This document shows, piece after piece, positions 29,601-35,654 of a stretch of DNA of 64,000 bases; within the stretch, counting starts at the first letter, position 1, and each line of letters starts with the position of its first letter. The stretch is from an uncultured Akkermansia sp. (GTDB lineage: Bacteria; Verrucomicrobiota; Kiritimatiellia; RFP12; JAAYNR01), in contig CAZDLY010000006.1 in NCBI GenBank assembly GCA_964506575.1, positions 9,911 to 73,910 on the forward strand. The letters are read 5' to 3'. The notes beneath the pieces are model-generated. The model was not told where the DNA came from. It worked only from the letters and a program-made list of their open reading frames with translations, and ran no database searches. The position numbers and the translations under genes are program-made.

Positions 29601-32251
29601 ACGTCGTCCTTGGGGACTGTCGCGTCTTCGAACAGGTTGTTGATGTCCGCAGCGGCGTTCGTGTACGCGGCCGGATTGACCGGCTTGCCCCACATCGGCG
29701 TCGAATAATAGAGCGGCACCGTGACATGGGCCGGATAATTGCGGTCCACCGGGGCCGTGCGGCTGATGCCCTTGAATGCCGTGTTGTCCACCACCACAAT
29801 GCGGTTCTCGGACGGAATGTATTGGCATCCGACATACACGTTCGAGGAATTGTTCAGGCAATTGGTGACTACGGTTGCGGGGATGAAGGACTGAAGCGTA
29901 ATGCCTTGTCCGGATAGATACACATAGGGCCGCAGGCCGGCATTCACCTGATATTCGAAGCGCCCCAGCCGGGCGACACTCGCGTAGGCGGGGGCCGGGT
30001 TGGCCGGATCGGGGAAATAGGTGTGTGACGCATCGCCATCGTACCCCGCATTCGGTCCGTTCGTCACCATCTCGCCGCCGGCATACCCATACACCGGGGT
30101 GCGTACAAACGAGCTCGCGAGCTCGCGTGAAGGGGTCCAGACGTCATCCGGCGGGAGCGTCGCGTCTTCGAAGGGATTCAGCGCGCCGGCGACCGAAGCC
30201 GTGTTGGTGTAATGCGCAATCCCGTTTGTGTTGGACGGCTGGCCCCAGATCGGTGATGCCGTGTAGAGCGGGATCGACACCTCGGACCAATCGTCGAGTT
30301 TGGCGGGCGTGCCCACCCGGTCCACGCACGCGGACCAGAAGTCGAAGTCTTTCTCGACCACCTGCACGCGGCCGTTGGTATACACGAATCGGTTGTTGGA
30401 ATCAATCGGATCAGGATAACGGATCACCGTCCCGGGGGCGTTCGTGCAGGCTTGGATGATCGCGCTCACGAAATACACGCGGACCGTCACGGCCAGGGAA
30501 CTGGCGTTCATGGACGGGATCGACCCATAGAGCGGGTCATTGACGTAATCGACCTCCAGCCTGCCGGTGCGGGCGACATTGGTGTACGCGCCGGGCGGCG
30601 TTCCGGCAAGGTAGAGATGGCCCGCGTCGCCTTCCAGATTGGGGCTGGGATCGCTGGTGATAGTCCCTCCCGGCCTCCTCCCGTAGTACGGGATTCCACT
30701 CTGAAAGTAGCGGGGCGGGGTCAGGTCGAGCTGGTTCACCACAACCGGCCGATTGGTCCCGGAGCTCGTGTCGGCGACCCAGATGGTGATGTTGGTGACG
30801 CCCAGGTTCCAATACTCGTACTCGGGGTAGCAACTGAAATCGTAGTCGAGGATCGCGTCGCCGACCGTCGAGTCCAGGAAGGTTCTGATCGGCAAGAACT
30901 CGGTCATCGTGCTGGCAATGCCCGTGAAGTCATGGGTCGGCGTCCAGCGGTCTTCGGCGGGCACGGTGCTGATGCTTCCGGACGGTTGATCGATGAAAAA
31001 CACCGGGGGGACGAGGTCCAGTTCATTCAGTCTGAAGGGGATGTTGGTGCCGCTGGTGAGATTCGCGATGTAGAAGAGCGCGTTTGACGAGGCCAGCGGG
31101 CTTCCCGAATTCACGCGCGTCCCCGGCGTGTTGGAGGATATGTTGATCGAGAAATCATAGTCGGCGATCACGTCGCCCACGTCCGGTGTGCTCAGAAAGC
31201 TCTTGACGGGGTCCGAAAGCACCAGCGCGCCGGTGCCCGAGAGCACGCGGTTGGCAGGCGACCACAGCCACCGGTCCTCCGCATACACGTTCGTTGAGAT
31301 GACGGTCGGGGAGCTGTTGAAGTAAAGGGGAGGCGTCAAATCAAATTCGCTGATGCGCACCGGCACGTTCAGGGTGCGATCCCGGTCGGCAACCCAGATC
31401 ACGGCGTTGGTCGTGGCCATGCTGCTGTAGGTGAGCACGCGCGACGGGGTGTTCGTGCTGACGGTGCGGATGGATGAGTCGTAGTCGTAGAAAAGGTCGC
31501 CCTTTGCGTAAGCGGTGCCGTCGATGGTCACGCTGCTGTTGACATAGCCGAGCAGATCGGCGGACAGCGTCGTGTTGGTGATGGTCCCGCCGGCAGAAAT
31601 CGTCGTGTTGGAATGGACAGGCGTCCACCGGTCTTCGGCGTGGACGTAGTCATCCCATCGGCCGTTCGGAGCCGCCGTGCCGCCCCGGTCGGTAAAGCGC
31701 TCGCCGGGCGTCCAGAATCCGTCAACCAGGGGGTCATCAATCAAATTGGTCGTGGCCGCATTGTACCGCCGGTAGAGGACGGCTGGCGTTAACTTGTCGG
31801 CCAGTTCATCGAAGTGTTCGCCCCGCCCGTCCGCAAAACGGTCATTGCCGGGGTCTCCGACGGCTGCGCTGAAGTTGGTCCAGGCGGAGGGCGCCACCGC
31901 GTTGGACGGGGGATTCCACGCCCACGGCATCGCGACCTCGCCCCCGACCCGCGAATCCATGAAATAGCCACGGACGTTGAGGCCGTTCGTCGGATTGGCG
32001 CGGTAATAACTGGTCTCCCGAAAGAAGCCCTCGTAGAGGCTCTCCATCCGGGCCTGGATGGCGCCCGGCGTCGAGCCGGAAGACGTGAAGTCCGTCTGGC
32101 CGCTCTTCGGGAAGTAGGCCGGGGAGATGTAGGTCTTGTGGCTGGGCATCTCCGGCCAAGCCCCCGATTGCGCCGTGGCAACCCCCGCCGCCAGGACGGC
32201 CAGTCCGGCCCAGATCATCCCCTGTCGCCCGCATGTCGTGACTGATTTCAT
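20624..32251 (-). CDS. Giant secreted mosaic protein (3,875 aa): N-terminal repeat modules, M6-like metalloprotease motif, TSP3-type Ca-binding repeats, 2 LamG, C-type lectin, Ig-like C-terminal region
   Basis: One uninterrupted ORF. Signal peptide MKSVTTCGRQGMIWAGLAVLAAGVATAQ. Motifs are listed in the sub-features below. The coding-strand assignment is unambiguous. Confidence 0.92.
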   Translation of the reverse strand: MKSVTTCGRQGMIWAGLAVLAAGVATAQSGAWPEMPSHKTYISPAYFPKSGQTDFTSSGSTPGAIQARMESLYEGFFRETSYYRANPTNGLNVRGYFMDSRVGGEVAMPWAWNPPSNAVAPSAWTNFSAAVGDPGNDRFADGRGEHFDELADKLTPAVLYRRYNAATTNLIDDPLVDGFWTPGERFTDRGGTAAPNGRWDDYVHAEDRWTPVHSNTTISAGGTITNTTLSADLLGYVNSSVTIDGTAYAKGDLFYDYDSSIRTVSTNTPSRVLTYSSMATTNAVIWVADRDRTLNVPVRISEFDLTPPLYFNSSPTVISTNVYAEDRWLWSPANRVLSGTGALVLSDPVKSFLSTPDVGDVIADYDFSINISSNTPGTRVNSGSPLASSNALFYIANLTSGTNIPFRLNELDLVPPVFFIDQPSGSISTVPAEDRWTPTHDFTGIASTMTEFLPIRTFLDSTVGDAILDYDFSCYPEYEYWNLGVTNITIWVADTSSGTNRPVVVNQLDLTPPRYFQSGIPYYGRRPGGTITSDPSPNLEGDAGHLYLAGTPPGAYTNVARTGRLEVDYVNDPLYGSIPSMNASSLAVTVRVYFVSAIIQACTNAPGTVIRYPDPIDSNNRFVYTNGRVQVVEKDFDFWSACVDRVGTPAKLDDWSEVSIPLYTASPIWGQPSNTNGIAHYTNTASVAGALNPFEDATLPPDDVWTPSRELASSFVRTPVYGYAGGEMVTNGPNAGYDGDASHTYFPDPANPAPAYASVARLGRFEYQVNAGLRPYVYLSGQGITLQSFIPATVVTNCLNNSSNVYVGCQYIPSENRIVVVDNTAFKGISRTAPVDRNYPAHVTVPLYYSTPMWGKPVNPAAYTNAAADINNLFEDATVPKDDVWTPGTNYILGLTGGNLVPNYGAGGSSNTLMEGDAAWTYVRDTNAPPPNLNPLFDNVGFLSRLEYNLDAAGLPHVYQSPRQYEVVIFSYANLPTTFFDSLLANPGVELGGYVFTNARVRVLNPPPNFLGDESRNDPFFVANDETLSGSGMTRVQVAVHVPLYHSIALWGAPQDAVNFTNPPSATIGINNPFLDAVGRDGRPTAAVPAEAFSDFISWWDPTGGRSGTGVWVPGLVGVPTNSNPASTGVLPRGSTPTPDYWSYDRYTNYIANNYPGDVAGLIARCGDLKYDGPETWAESGENNQMIQRGFLTGTSSPTPSQSQFWDFTVGPPSIRSYSDWWMDRYGRYGTTQPTFESRIPNMSPWVPVADANQVVPTTTQTVITASGPVVVLTYGSINHPPTNSTWTYDSPREFDDLASSMYHNPDLGSRSGQMMRNLSYRSPAPRSNPQAVWDGGDMRLGEETCPFGGSIYGMDRGDNNPSSADLAGDGSIPACGPYAYHTHANTGYDAANQLNLEFSTWRTDGQSLTGPRGGHRKTPGYDCNAETYGGYHSSITYARDHRDVTLNGLIDQGETLPAGSYNYFQDADPVTIDNGMDTMPLLGWERCVEDMVDSQDETEDFGAITRFTLPPGRGAEEWGIITPSGYVWREGAAALTTLSNVVGAAILYADADGSGDFTPHVDALWIDSNGDKKFNDIEPIIHGFASDQEMPSGVGPVSARWADLNGNGVYDINIDLVWVNTSTAGEPPVKFNSEPVLHDATGKLKPGDGNAILSAGLRARDATTGLIRNIYVYPAVTNFTLMWAVNNAYAGPTEIYYGSSNGVDLIYAAYGVSHPAMTTTGVLWTGASAFPVRYVCRTSTDPGYQPGDDVFIDANNNGFYDADRIISGPSGSLPLNSSGQVAQASPLPVGYTTNGVNTTFQRDFSVAWLEQNPPFNARSREYVLFQSLRLTNGTAGLNISSKIQLTLEGGVFYDANGDGLYAFGETASIPLYVVGMLNGNGIRSPSPFIAGQHYGAMTRDGYISGYNQNQPANINMPNPVILTHEQCHDVLGWPDLYDYDRYTGDVVNSPTGGGDLMADGGGLMHGYPDLKLTFGVQQQSLNYGASPILRRNGGPRTVLMYPVERFADQYYVFQDVRNPGERYILNFNAGSLLNTVNPNNEQVSPYANPIGRGLVISKSDDDAPQQRGNRRFKWLYIQADGKYELEDGVNNVEQADAFGMTPTTRQFTAQTTPAAVWFDGTDSGLRILDIRIPTDPYAPAQVDIEWVSTTTTPGDPTDWYWVPSGVDSDGDGIPDAWEYYWFGRYPNPLAMVNRLTDFDGDGLTDYEEWLLHSNPIWQSSWESEFSADPVSDADADIDGDGLSNRDELRVWNTNPRDIDSDDDGILDGAEVSRDIVKPGGRRLTDPAYSRSPLIERALRLEAANAYLLPEQSTNMPYALNPITDFTRLQLTNWTVEAWVWLNSAHETGSVVSRTTLQDSLTFSLAISNNHPYATFRTMAGITNVALAPDAITASNWVHIAGTYDQDAKVLKIYVDGELKQSKVAFYSDVGHPGYIGGGIESAETRLGGGLNGIVDEVRIWSRARAAVEIEYGRNKIVNSPWRIFGDGSFAGASMVNDGSLVVNLRFDDQQNLTNRMDYGLIAFGAEDWVHAGNWNYAVQGMLTSQFVTNTPPKLVLTESLTTPYDDLNEDGIPDWWQRIYWPDFDPFDAGLWDAANDADSDGLPNTYEYILDLNPLSVDTDPGTPGLPGAPGRNDLDGDGLADFDEVVYYGTDPANPDTDDDGIGDGREILAFTSPLYSRSPEVPRSAALTGLPLIVPEGPSFTSSRFSLPAWTVEFWVKLDQTNTTGSLMSRVLAGGAYGGFTNWAVVVSNNVPYTWFQTRSGNRVLAGGGAKLPTNQWTHIASVFNPERDTLELIVNGTVFTAQATLQRPATGLGHTTIGDLGIRGKIDEIRVWNLARTRTEIGAFAGQFMPWSDEATLAAARMQRDLLERIRLAPGQYRFYAGTAYELITTPMTYSQAVDHATSLGGRLASINSPGENAFVTGLARDEAAIWTGLSDEKSEGNWVWADGTTLADSTYVNWETWRTVAGATTNTFTEPDGGAAQNHAALWPQADPARAIEAGGWFDADGRQPLPFVVEYDAMAIDGLVAWYVFDDGTTNTAQYGAEDFIHLLDDRYAIKNVTFTTNDFARVTGFEDLDQDGLPDWWERLWFGDLSPTAADDSDADGISNQYEYYIGTNPSDIDTDNDGVLDTDEDFDGDGVSNADELLLGSDPLIAYAGATGDKDYTEDWWEDQYDNAAASSLFYDSQRDWDEDGWDNWSEARYEAQSGVTNQPDSGVTAPAPQLAITVHYPGLSRGAVVVLAYSDRAMDGDPDATFTCTTPASYPLTIPTNTVTVSGRLRQGSNWFFAMMDLNGNGGWDQGEPAGLADRFPYDVGWDQNAISFTLTDKPVNGFVRLALPTVTGTGLHSVDIGRITWSGTNAIFTRVFFKSIRGPRNWLHEGDILDPNAAVGGGKPGLDWDGRIPGTPTIPIGTTSTYEYRVDGVSASNAANYFAEYYLGTTLPTPVAEYPRGAVVSSPRPEFRWTMTPYASAFELQILTTNASPVVVYSSGTNAAPPMRNADPNSEHYGLRVWSPPIHWGDIVPALNGGNGVLTNAAFRWRVRAFQPRLVTGFSDGGFTYSSSISAYSSSETVRINLSDTIEPLGSINVRVGAAYLPSNACIRVQAFETGSLNDLPVVQRTLLNVGALPRTVTLNGLDDQKSYYIAAYVDQITDNSRATWESWGYYRSLNRGLPWHFQPLTEKAAKGSDAPTVTVMIRSVDTDQDEISDSYEYAVAGGLGGTPVMPTGGVEEGVKPLNGEFGWLDVLGLASGSTVDDPVYRDYDRDGMNDKQEFDLGLSGTAADELRITGLGADNQLEWTLTSAAGAAGTLSTTTLDVPVTYVLERTDSLATPDWIPVAEVGSKEKAGAFDLGTDRRDRPAGFYRLRVVTP
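23185..23620 (-). other. C-type lectin-like domain of the giant protein
   Basis: YELITTPMTYSQAVDHATSLGGRLASINSPGENAFV...AIWTGLSDEKSEGNWVWADGT pattern. Confidence 0.7.
23700..24135 (-). other. LamG/concanavalin-A-like domain 2 of the giant protein
   Basis: PAWTVEFWVKLDQ...GKIDEIRVWNLARTRTEI pattern. Confidence 0.7.
24835..25285 (-). other. LamG/concanavalin-A-like domain 1 of the giant protein
   Basis: LTNWTVEAWVWLNS...GIVDEVRIWSRARAAVEI pattern. Confidence 0.7.
26429..26479 (-). other. HExxH...PDLYD zinc-metalloprotease motif (immune-inhibitor-A/M6-like) inside the giant protein
   Basis: The protein reads THEQCHDVLGWPDLYDYD. The DNA gtcgtggcattgttcgtg was located at about 26462-26479. Confidence 0.6.
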
Positions 32252-32312
32252 AGCGAATCCCTCTCTCTTGACTTCCAAAAGGCTATCCCCTCGCGGCTAT
32301 TCCATATACACG

Positions 32313-33332
32313 TTATTTGATTTCCCAGAAATCCTCACCCACCAAGGCCAGCCCGGCCGCGGCGGACTGCTTGTCCAGATCGGGCTTGCACGCCGGATCC
32401 TTCGCCAGGATCGCCCGTCGCAGAACGCGCGCTCGCGTGTCAATCTCCCCGCGCCTCGCGTTGACGCCGTCGATGAACGCACGCGCGGCCGCGACCTCCG
32501 GCCGGGCGTCCTGGATGGCGATGTGCATCTGGCTGGCCTCGCGCGCCGCCTGCTGCAGCCTGGCAATTTCCGGATCGCTCGTGCGCAAGGCGTTTCGCAG
32601 CCGCAGCACCTCCGCCTGGAGAGCGGCATTCTCGCGCTCGATTTCCGCGTGCCGGGCGTTGATCTCCTCAAACCGCGCGGCGGAGCCGTCCGCCTCACGC
32701 GCGGCATCGATGGCGTTTGTCGCCGACGCGCGCGCGTACTCCGCCTGGGCGATGGCCAACTCGTTGGTCATGCGCCGGTGACTTTCCGTGACTTTGCGCC
32801 GGTCATCCGCAGAGAGTTTGCCGACCTCTTTCGCTCCCGCCTGCTTCAGGATCGCCTGGCGCTCGGCTTCGGCCCTCGCCACCGCCTGCGCGCTCGCATC
32901 CTTGAGCTGCCTGGACCGTTCCTCCCTCGCTTGATTCCATGCGTCCAGGATTGCGGCCTGCTGCCGGGAGATGTCCACCTGTTCGGCCAGCGCCCCGGCG
33001 TGTATTTCCCGAAGCCGCTGGATCTTCGGATGCGCGTCCAGGGCCTGCTCAACGCGTTGCACCGCTTCACGATACGCCAGACTGGTTGCGTCGGGTCCCG
33101 TCGTGGCACGGGCCTCGCCGATGATAGTCTGGCTTTCCTGAACCTGCTTCGCCAGCCCCGCCCGCTCGTTCATCAGCGCGGCAAACTCATTCTTCATCTC
33201 GCCGAGCGTGGGCGCCTGGACCTCGTCGCGCGCGATCTCTTCAGCGAAGGCCGCCGGCAGCGGCGCCAGCGCCAGCGCGGCGCATGCCCCGCAGGCCATG
33301 CGCATGACCTGAATCCAGTACCGATTCCGCAT
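32313..33332 (-). CDS. Secreted coiled-coil protein (339 aa)
   Basis: Signal peptide (CGACAALALAPLPAAFA), then a continuous A/E/R/Q-rich heptad-like sequence. It ends about 60 nt upstream of the giant gene on the same strand. Confidence 0.8.
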   Translation of the reverse strand: MRNRYWIQVMRMACGACAALALAPLPAAFAEEIARDEVQAPTLGEMKNEFAALMNERAGLAKQVQESQTIIGEARATTGPDATSLAYREAVQRVEQALDAHPKIQRLREIHAGALAEQVDISRQQAAILDAWNQAREERSRQLKDASAQAVARAEAERQAILKQAGAKEVGKLSADDRRKVTESHRRMTNELAIAQAEYARASATNAIDAAREADGSAARFEEINARHAEIERENAALQAEVLRLRNALRTSDPEIARLQQAAREASQMHIAIQDARPEVAAARAFIDGVNARRGEIDTRARVLRRAILAKDPACKPDLDKQSAAAGLALVGEDFWEIK

Positions 33333-33472
33333 GAACACCCCTCTCCGGCCACCCCGCCGGTCCACTCTTCTCCCCCAACGGAGAAAACGCGACCACCAGC
33401 ACCCGACCCCAAGATAGTCAGGCGCGTCAGTTTACCTGAAACAATCACCGGCAAGCAAGCCTTTAAAAACTC

Positions 33473-34597
33473 CTAGGGCTTTCGCACGGTCCTGAAACCA
33501 TAGCTGTTTTCGGCCGAAATCGGAGAGGCCACCCCGCGTTCGGCAATCCGGCAGGCCACGGCGTCGCTCGCCCAACTGCCGCCACGCACCGCCCGGTACA
33601 GGTTCTCATTGTAGGTATACCCATCGTAGCACCACTCCGAGACGTTGCCCGTCAGGTCGTAGAGGCCGTAGGTGTTCGGCGCAAAGGCGCCGACGGGACT
33701 GGTGTAAGGCATCTCCCCGGGTGTGCGCGGCGGCGCGTAGTCCGGGTGAAAACCGCGCGTCTCGCTTGTGTCGTAGTCGGGGGGATCCATGTTCGCGCTG
33801 CAATAGTTCGCGCGGGTGTGCTGGATCGTGTCGGCGCCGTCCCACGCGAATCGCCGACCGGCGACCCCGCCGCGCGCGGCGTATTGCCATTCGACTTCCG
33901 TCGGCAGCCGGTAGCCGGTGGCCGAGGATTTGACGTACGGCGCATCGACCTGCCCCGACTTGTAAACCTGGGTGAAACCGGCGTCCGTGTAGTAAACGGG
34001 CGTCAGGCCGTCCCGCTGCGACCGCGCATTGCACCACTTCACGCAGTCGTACCAGTTGACGCCCTGCACGGGATGGTTGGTCCCCTTCCCGGATCCGCTG
34101 TTGTCGTAGCCGTACCCGTTGCCGCCGTTCCAGTTTTTGACCGCGTCCCAGAGGGCTATCGTCACCTCGTGGGTGTCCATAAAGATCACCGAGACGTTCG
34201 TCAGGCTGTATGCGCCCGCGTCCGGATCCGTCCCGCTGTTGATCCCGGCCGGTACCAGCGCCAGTCCGGGGGGAACGACCGGCGGCGGAGCGTTGGTCAC
34301 GGTCGCCACCACGCGGTAGAACGTCCGGGTGGCGTCCATCGGCACGGAACAGGTGACGCTGCCCGAGCCGGTCGCCGGAAACGTAATCGCCGCAGGGCCG
34401 TTCGAAGCGACCGCCCACGAGCCGCCCGGCGCGGGCGCCGATTCCACCCGATACACCGTCGCGGTCGGAATCTCGTTAAATGTCAGCCGCCCCGCACTGC
34501 TGAACGACTCGACCCGCAATCCATCGGCCCGGGCCGCAAATTGGATCCAAATGAGCGCCATCCCCAAAACAAACGAGCGCATCGTGGTCCCTTTCAT
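33473..34597 (-). CDS. FGE/SUMF1-family (formylglycine-generating-enzyme-like) protein with an N-terminal Ig/Fn3-like domain
   Basis: Signal peptide, then ...HPVQGVNWYDCVKWCNARS..GYRLPTEVEWQYAARGG..YDLTGNVSEWCYD..RGGSW...GFR. Confidence 0.88.
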   Translation of the reverse strand: MKGTTMRSFVLGMALIWIQFAARADGLRVESFSSAGRLTFNEIPTATVYRVESAPAPGGSWAVASNGPAAITFPATGSGSVTCSVPMDATRTFYRVVATVTNAPPPVVPPGLALVPAGINSGTDPDAGAYSLTNVSVIFMDTHEVTIALWDAVKNWNGGNGYGYDNSGSGKGTNHPVQGVNWYDCVKWCNARSQRDGLTPVYYTDAGFTQVYKSGQVDAPYVKSSATGYRLPTEVEWQYAARGGVAGRRFAWDGADTIQHTRANYCSANMDPPDYDTSETRGFHPDYAPPRTPGEMPYTSPVGAFAPNTYGLYDLTGNVSEWCYDGYTYNENLYRAVRGGSWASDAVACRIAERGVASPISAENSYGFRTVRKP

Positions 34598-34635
34598 CGC
34601 AGTGAGCACAATACCCAAAGATGATTTGTTTCGGG

Positions 34636-34664
34636 AGTTTACCGGATAATCCGCCATCCAGCAA
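34636..34664 (-). promoter_or_regulatory. Candidate promoter for the FGE-like / coiled-coil / giant gene string (TTGCTG-N17-TAAACT)
   Basis: The minus strand reads cTTGCTGgatggcggattatccggTAAACTcc, about 40 nt upstream of ATG 34597. Confidence 0.35.
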
Positions 34665-34681
34665 GACATAATGTGAATGCG

Positions 34682-34709
34682 GCCGGTGTTTCGCTGCCGG
34701 TGTTTCGCG
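34682..34709 (+). repeat. Tandem direct repeat 2 x (t)gccggtgtttcgc immediately upstream of the nfnA candidate promoter
   Basis: gccggtgtttcgc t gccggtgtttcgc, read directly from the sequence. Confidence 0.65.
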
Positions 34710-34710
34710 C

Positions 34711-34740
34711 TTGTCCGAACGGGCCCTGTTTTGCTATTGT
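34711..34740 (+). promoter_or_regulatory. Candidate promoter for nfnAB (TTGTCC-N18-TGcTATTGT)
   Basis: cTTGTCCgaacgggccctgttttGcTATTGT, about 55 nt upstream of ATG 34794. Confidence 0.4.
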
Positions 34741-34793
34741 ACCCGGAAATTGTCAAGACGCATCCGTTTCCATTGCCCAACAGACAGGCACGC

Positions 34794-35648
34794 ATGAACC
34801 GAATCATCAGCAAGAAACAGCTCTCCGCCGAGGTCTTCCGCATCGAGGTCGAGGCGCCGCTGATCGCGCGCGAGCGGAAGGCCGGCCAGTTCATCATCGT
34901 CCAGGTCGACGACGCGTTCGGCGAGCGGATTCCGCTGACCATCGCCGATGCCGACCCGCAACGCGGCACGATCACGCTGATCTTCCAGACGGTCGGGCGG
35001 ACGACCCATCTGCTGGCCGACAAGAATCCAGGCGACACCGTCCCGGCAATCCTCGGTCCGCTGGGCACGCCCACCCACATCGATAAATTCGGCCATGTGG
35101 TCTGCGTGGGCGGCGGCATCGGCGTGGCGCCGCTGCACCCCATCGCCCAGGCACTCAAGGCCGCCGGCAACCGCCTGACCATCATCATGGGCGCCCGCAA
35201 TGCGTCGCTGCTGATTCTGGAGGACGAAATGCGCGCGCTCGCCGACACGCTGATCGTCGTCACCGACGACGGCTCCCGCGGCCGCCAGGCGCTGGTCACC
35301 GTCCCCCTCCGGGAGCTGTGCGAACAGAACCCGAAACCCGATCTGGCCGTGGTGATCGGACCGCCGATCATGATGAAGTTTGGCTCCGAAACGACCCGCC
35401 CCTATGGCGTCCCGACCGTGGTCTCGCTCAACACGATCATGATCGATGGCACCGGGATGTGCGGCGGCTGCCGCGTCACCGTCGGCGGCGAGACCAAGTT
35501 CGTCTGCGTCGACGGCCCCGAATTCGACGGCCATCAGGTCGATTTTGACAACATGATGAAACGCCTCCGCTCCTACAAGAGCCGGGAGGACGCCGACCAC
35601 CACGCCTGCCATCTGCAACAAGAGGCCGCTAAACGGGCCGCCGGATAA
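34794..35648 (+). CDS. nfnA: NfnA-like FAD/NAD-binding, [2Fe-2S] subunit (sulfide/dihydroorotate dehydrogenase-like)
   Basis: GQFIIVQV, GGGIGVAP and a C-terminal GMCGGCRV cluster motif. It pairs with the downstream GltD-like subunit. Confidence 0.85.
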   Translation: MNRIISKKQLSAEVFRIEVEAPLIARERKAGQFIIVQVDDAFGERIPLTIADADPQRGTITLIFQTVGRTTHLLADKNPGDTVPAILGPLGTPTHIDKFGHVVCVGGGIGVAPLHPIAQALKAAGNRLTIIMGARNASLLILEDEMRALADTLIVVTDDGSRGRQALVTVPLRELCEQNPKPDLAVVIGPPIMMKFGSETTRPYGVPTVVSLNTIMIDGTGMCGGCRVTVGGETKFVCVDGPEFDGHQVDFDNMMKRLRSYKSREDADHHACHLQQEAAKRAAG

Positions 35649-35654
35649 CCGCTT

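Noticed and set aside
33473-33700. Diversity-generating retroelement (DGR) target hypothesis. FGE-fold and C-type-lectin-fold domains are the classic DGR variable-protein scaffolds.
   Set aside because: No reverse transcriptase gene and no template-repeat copy of the FGE C-terminal coding region are visible anywhere in the 64 kb. The C-type lectin domain of the giant protein is internal, not C-terminal. The FGE C-terminus shows no Asn/AAY-codon-rich VR signature.
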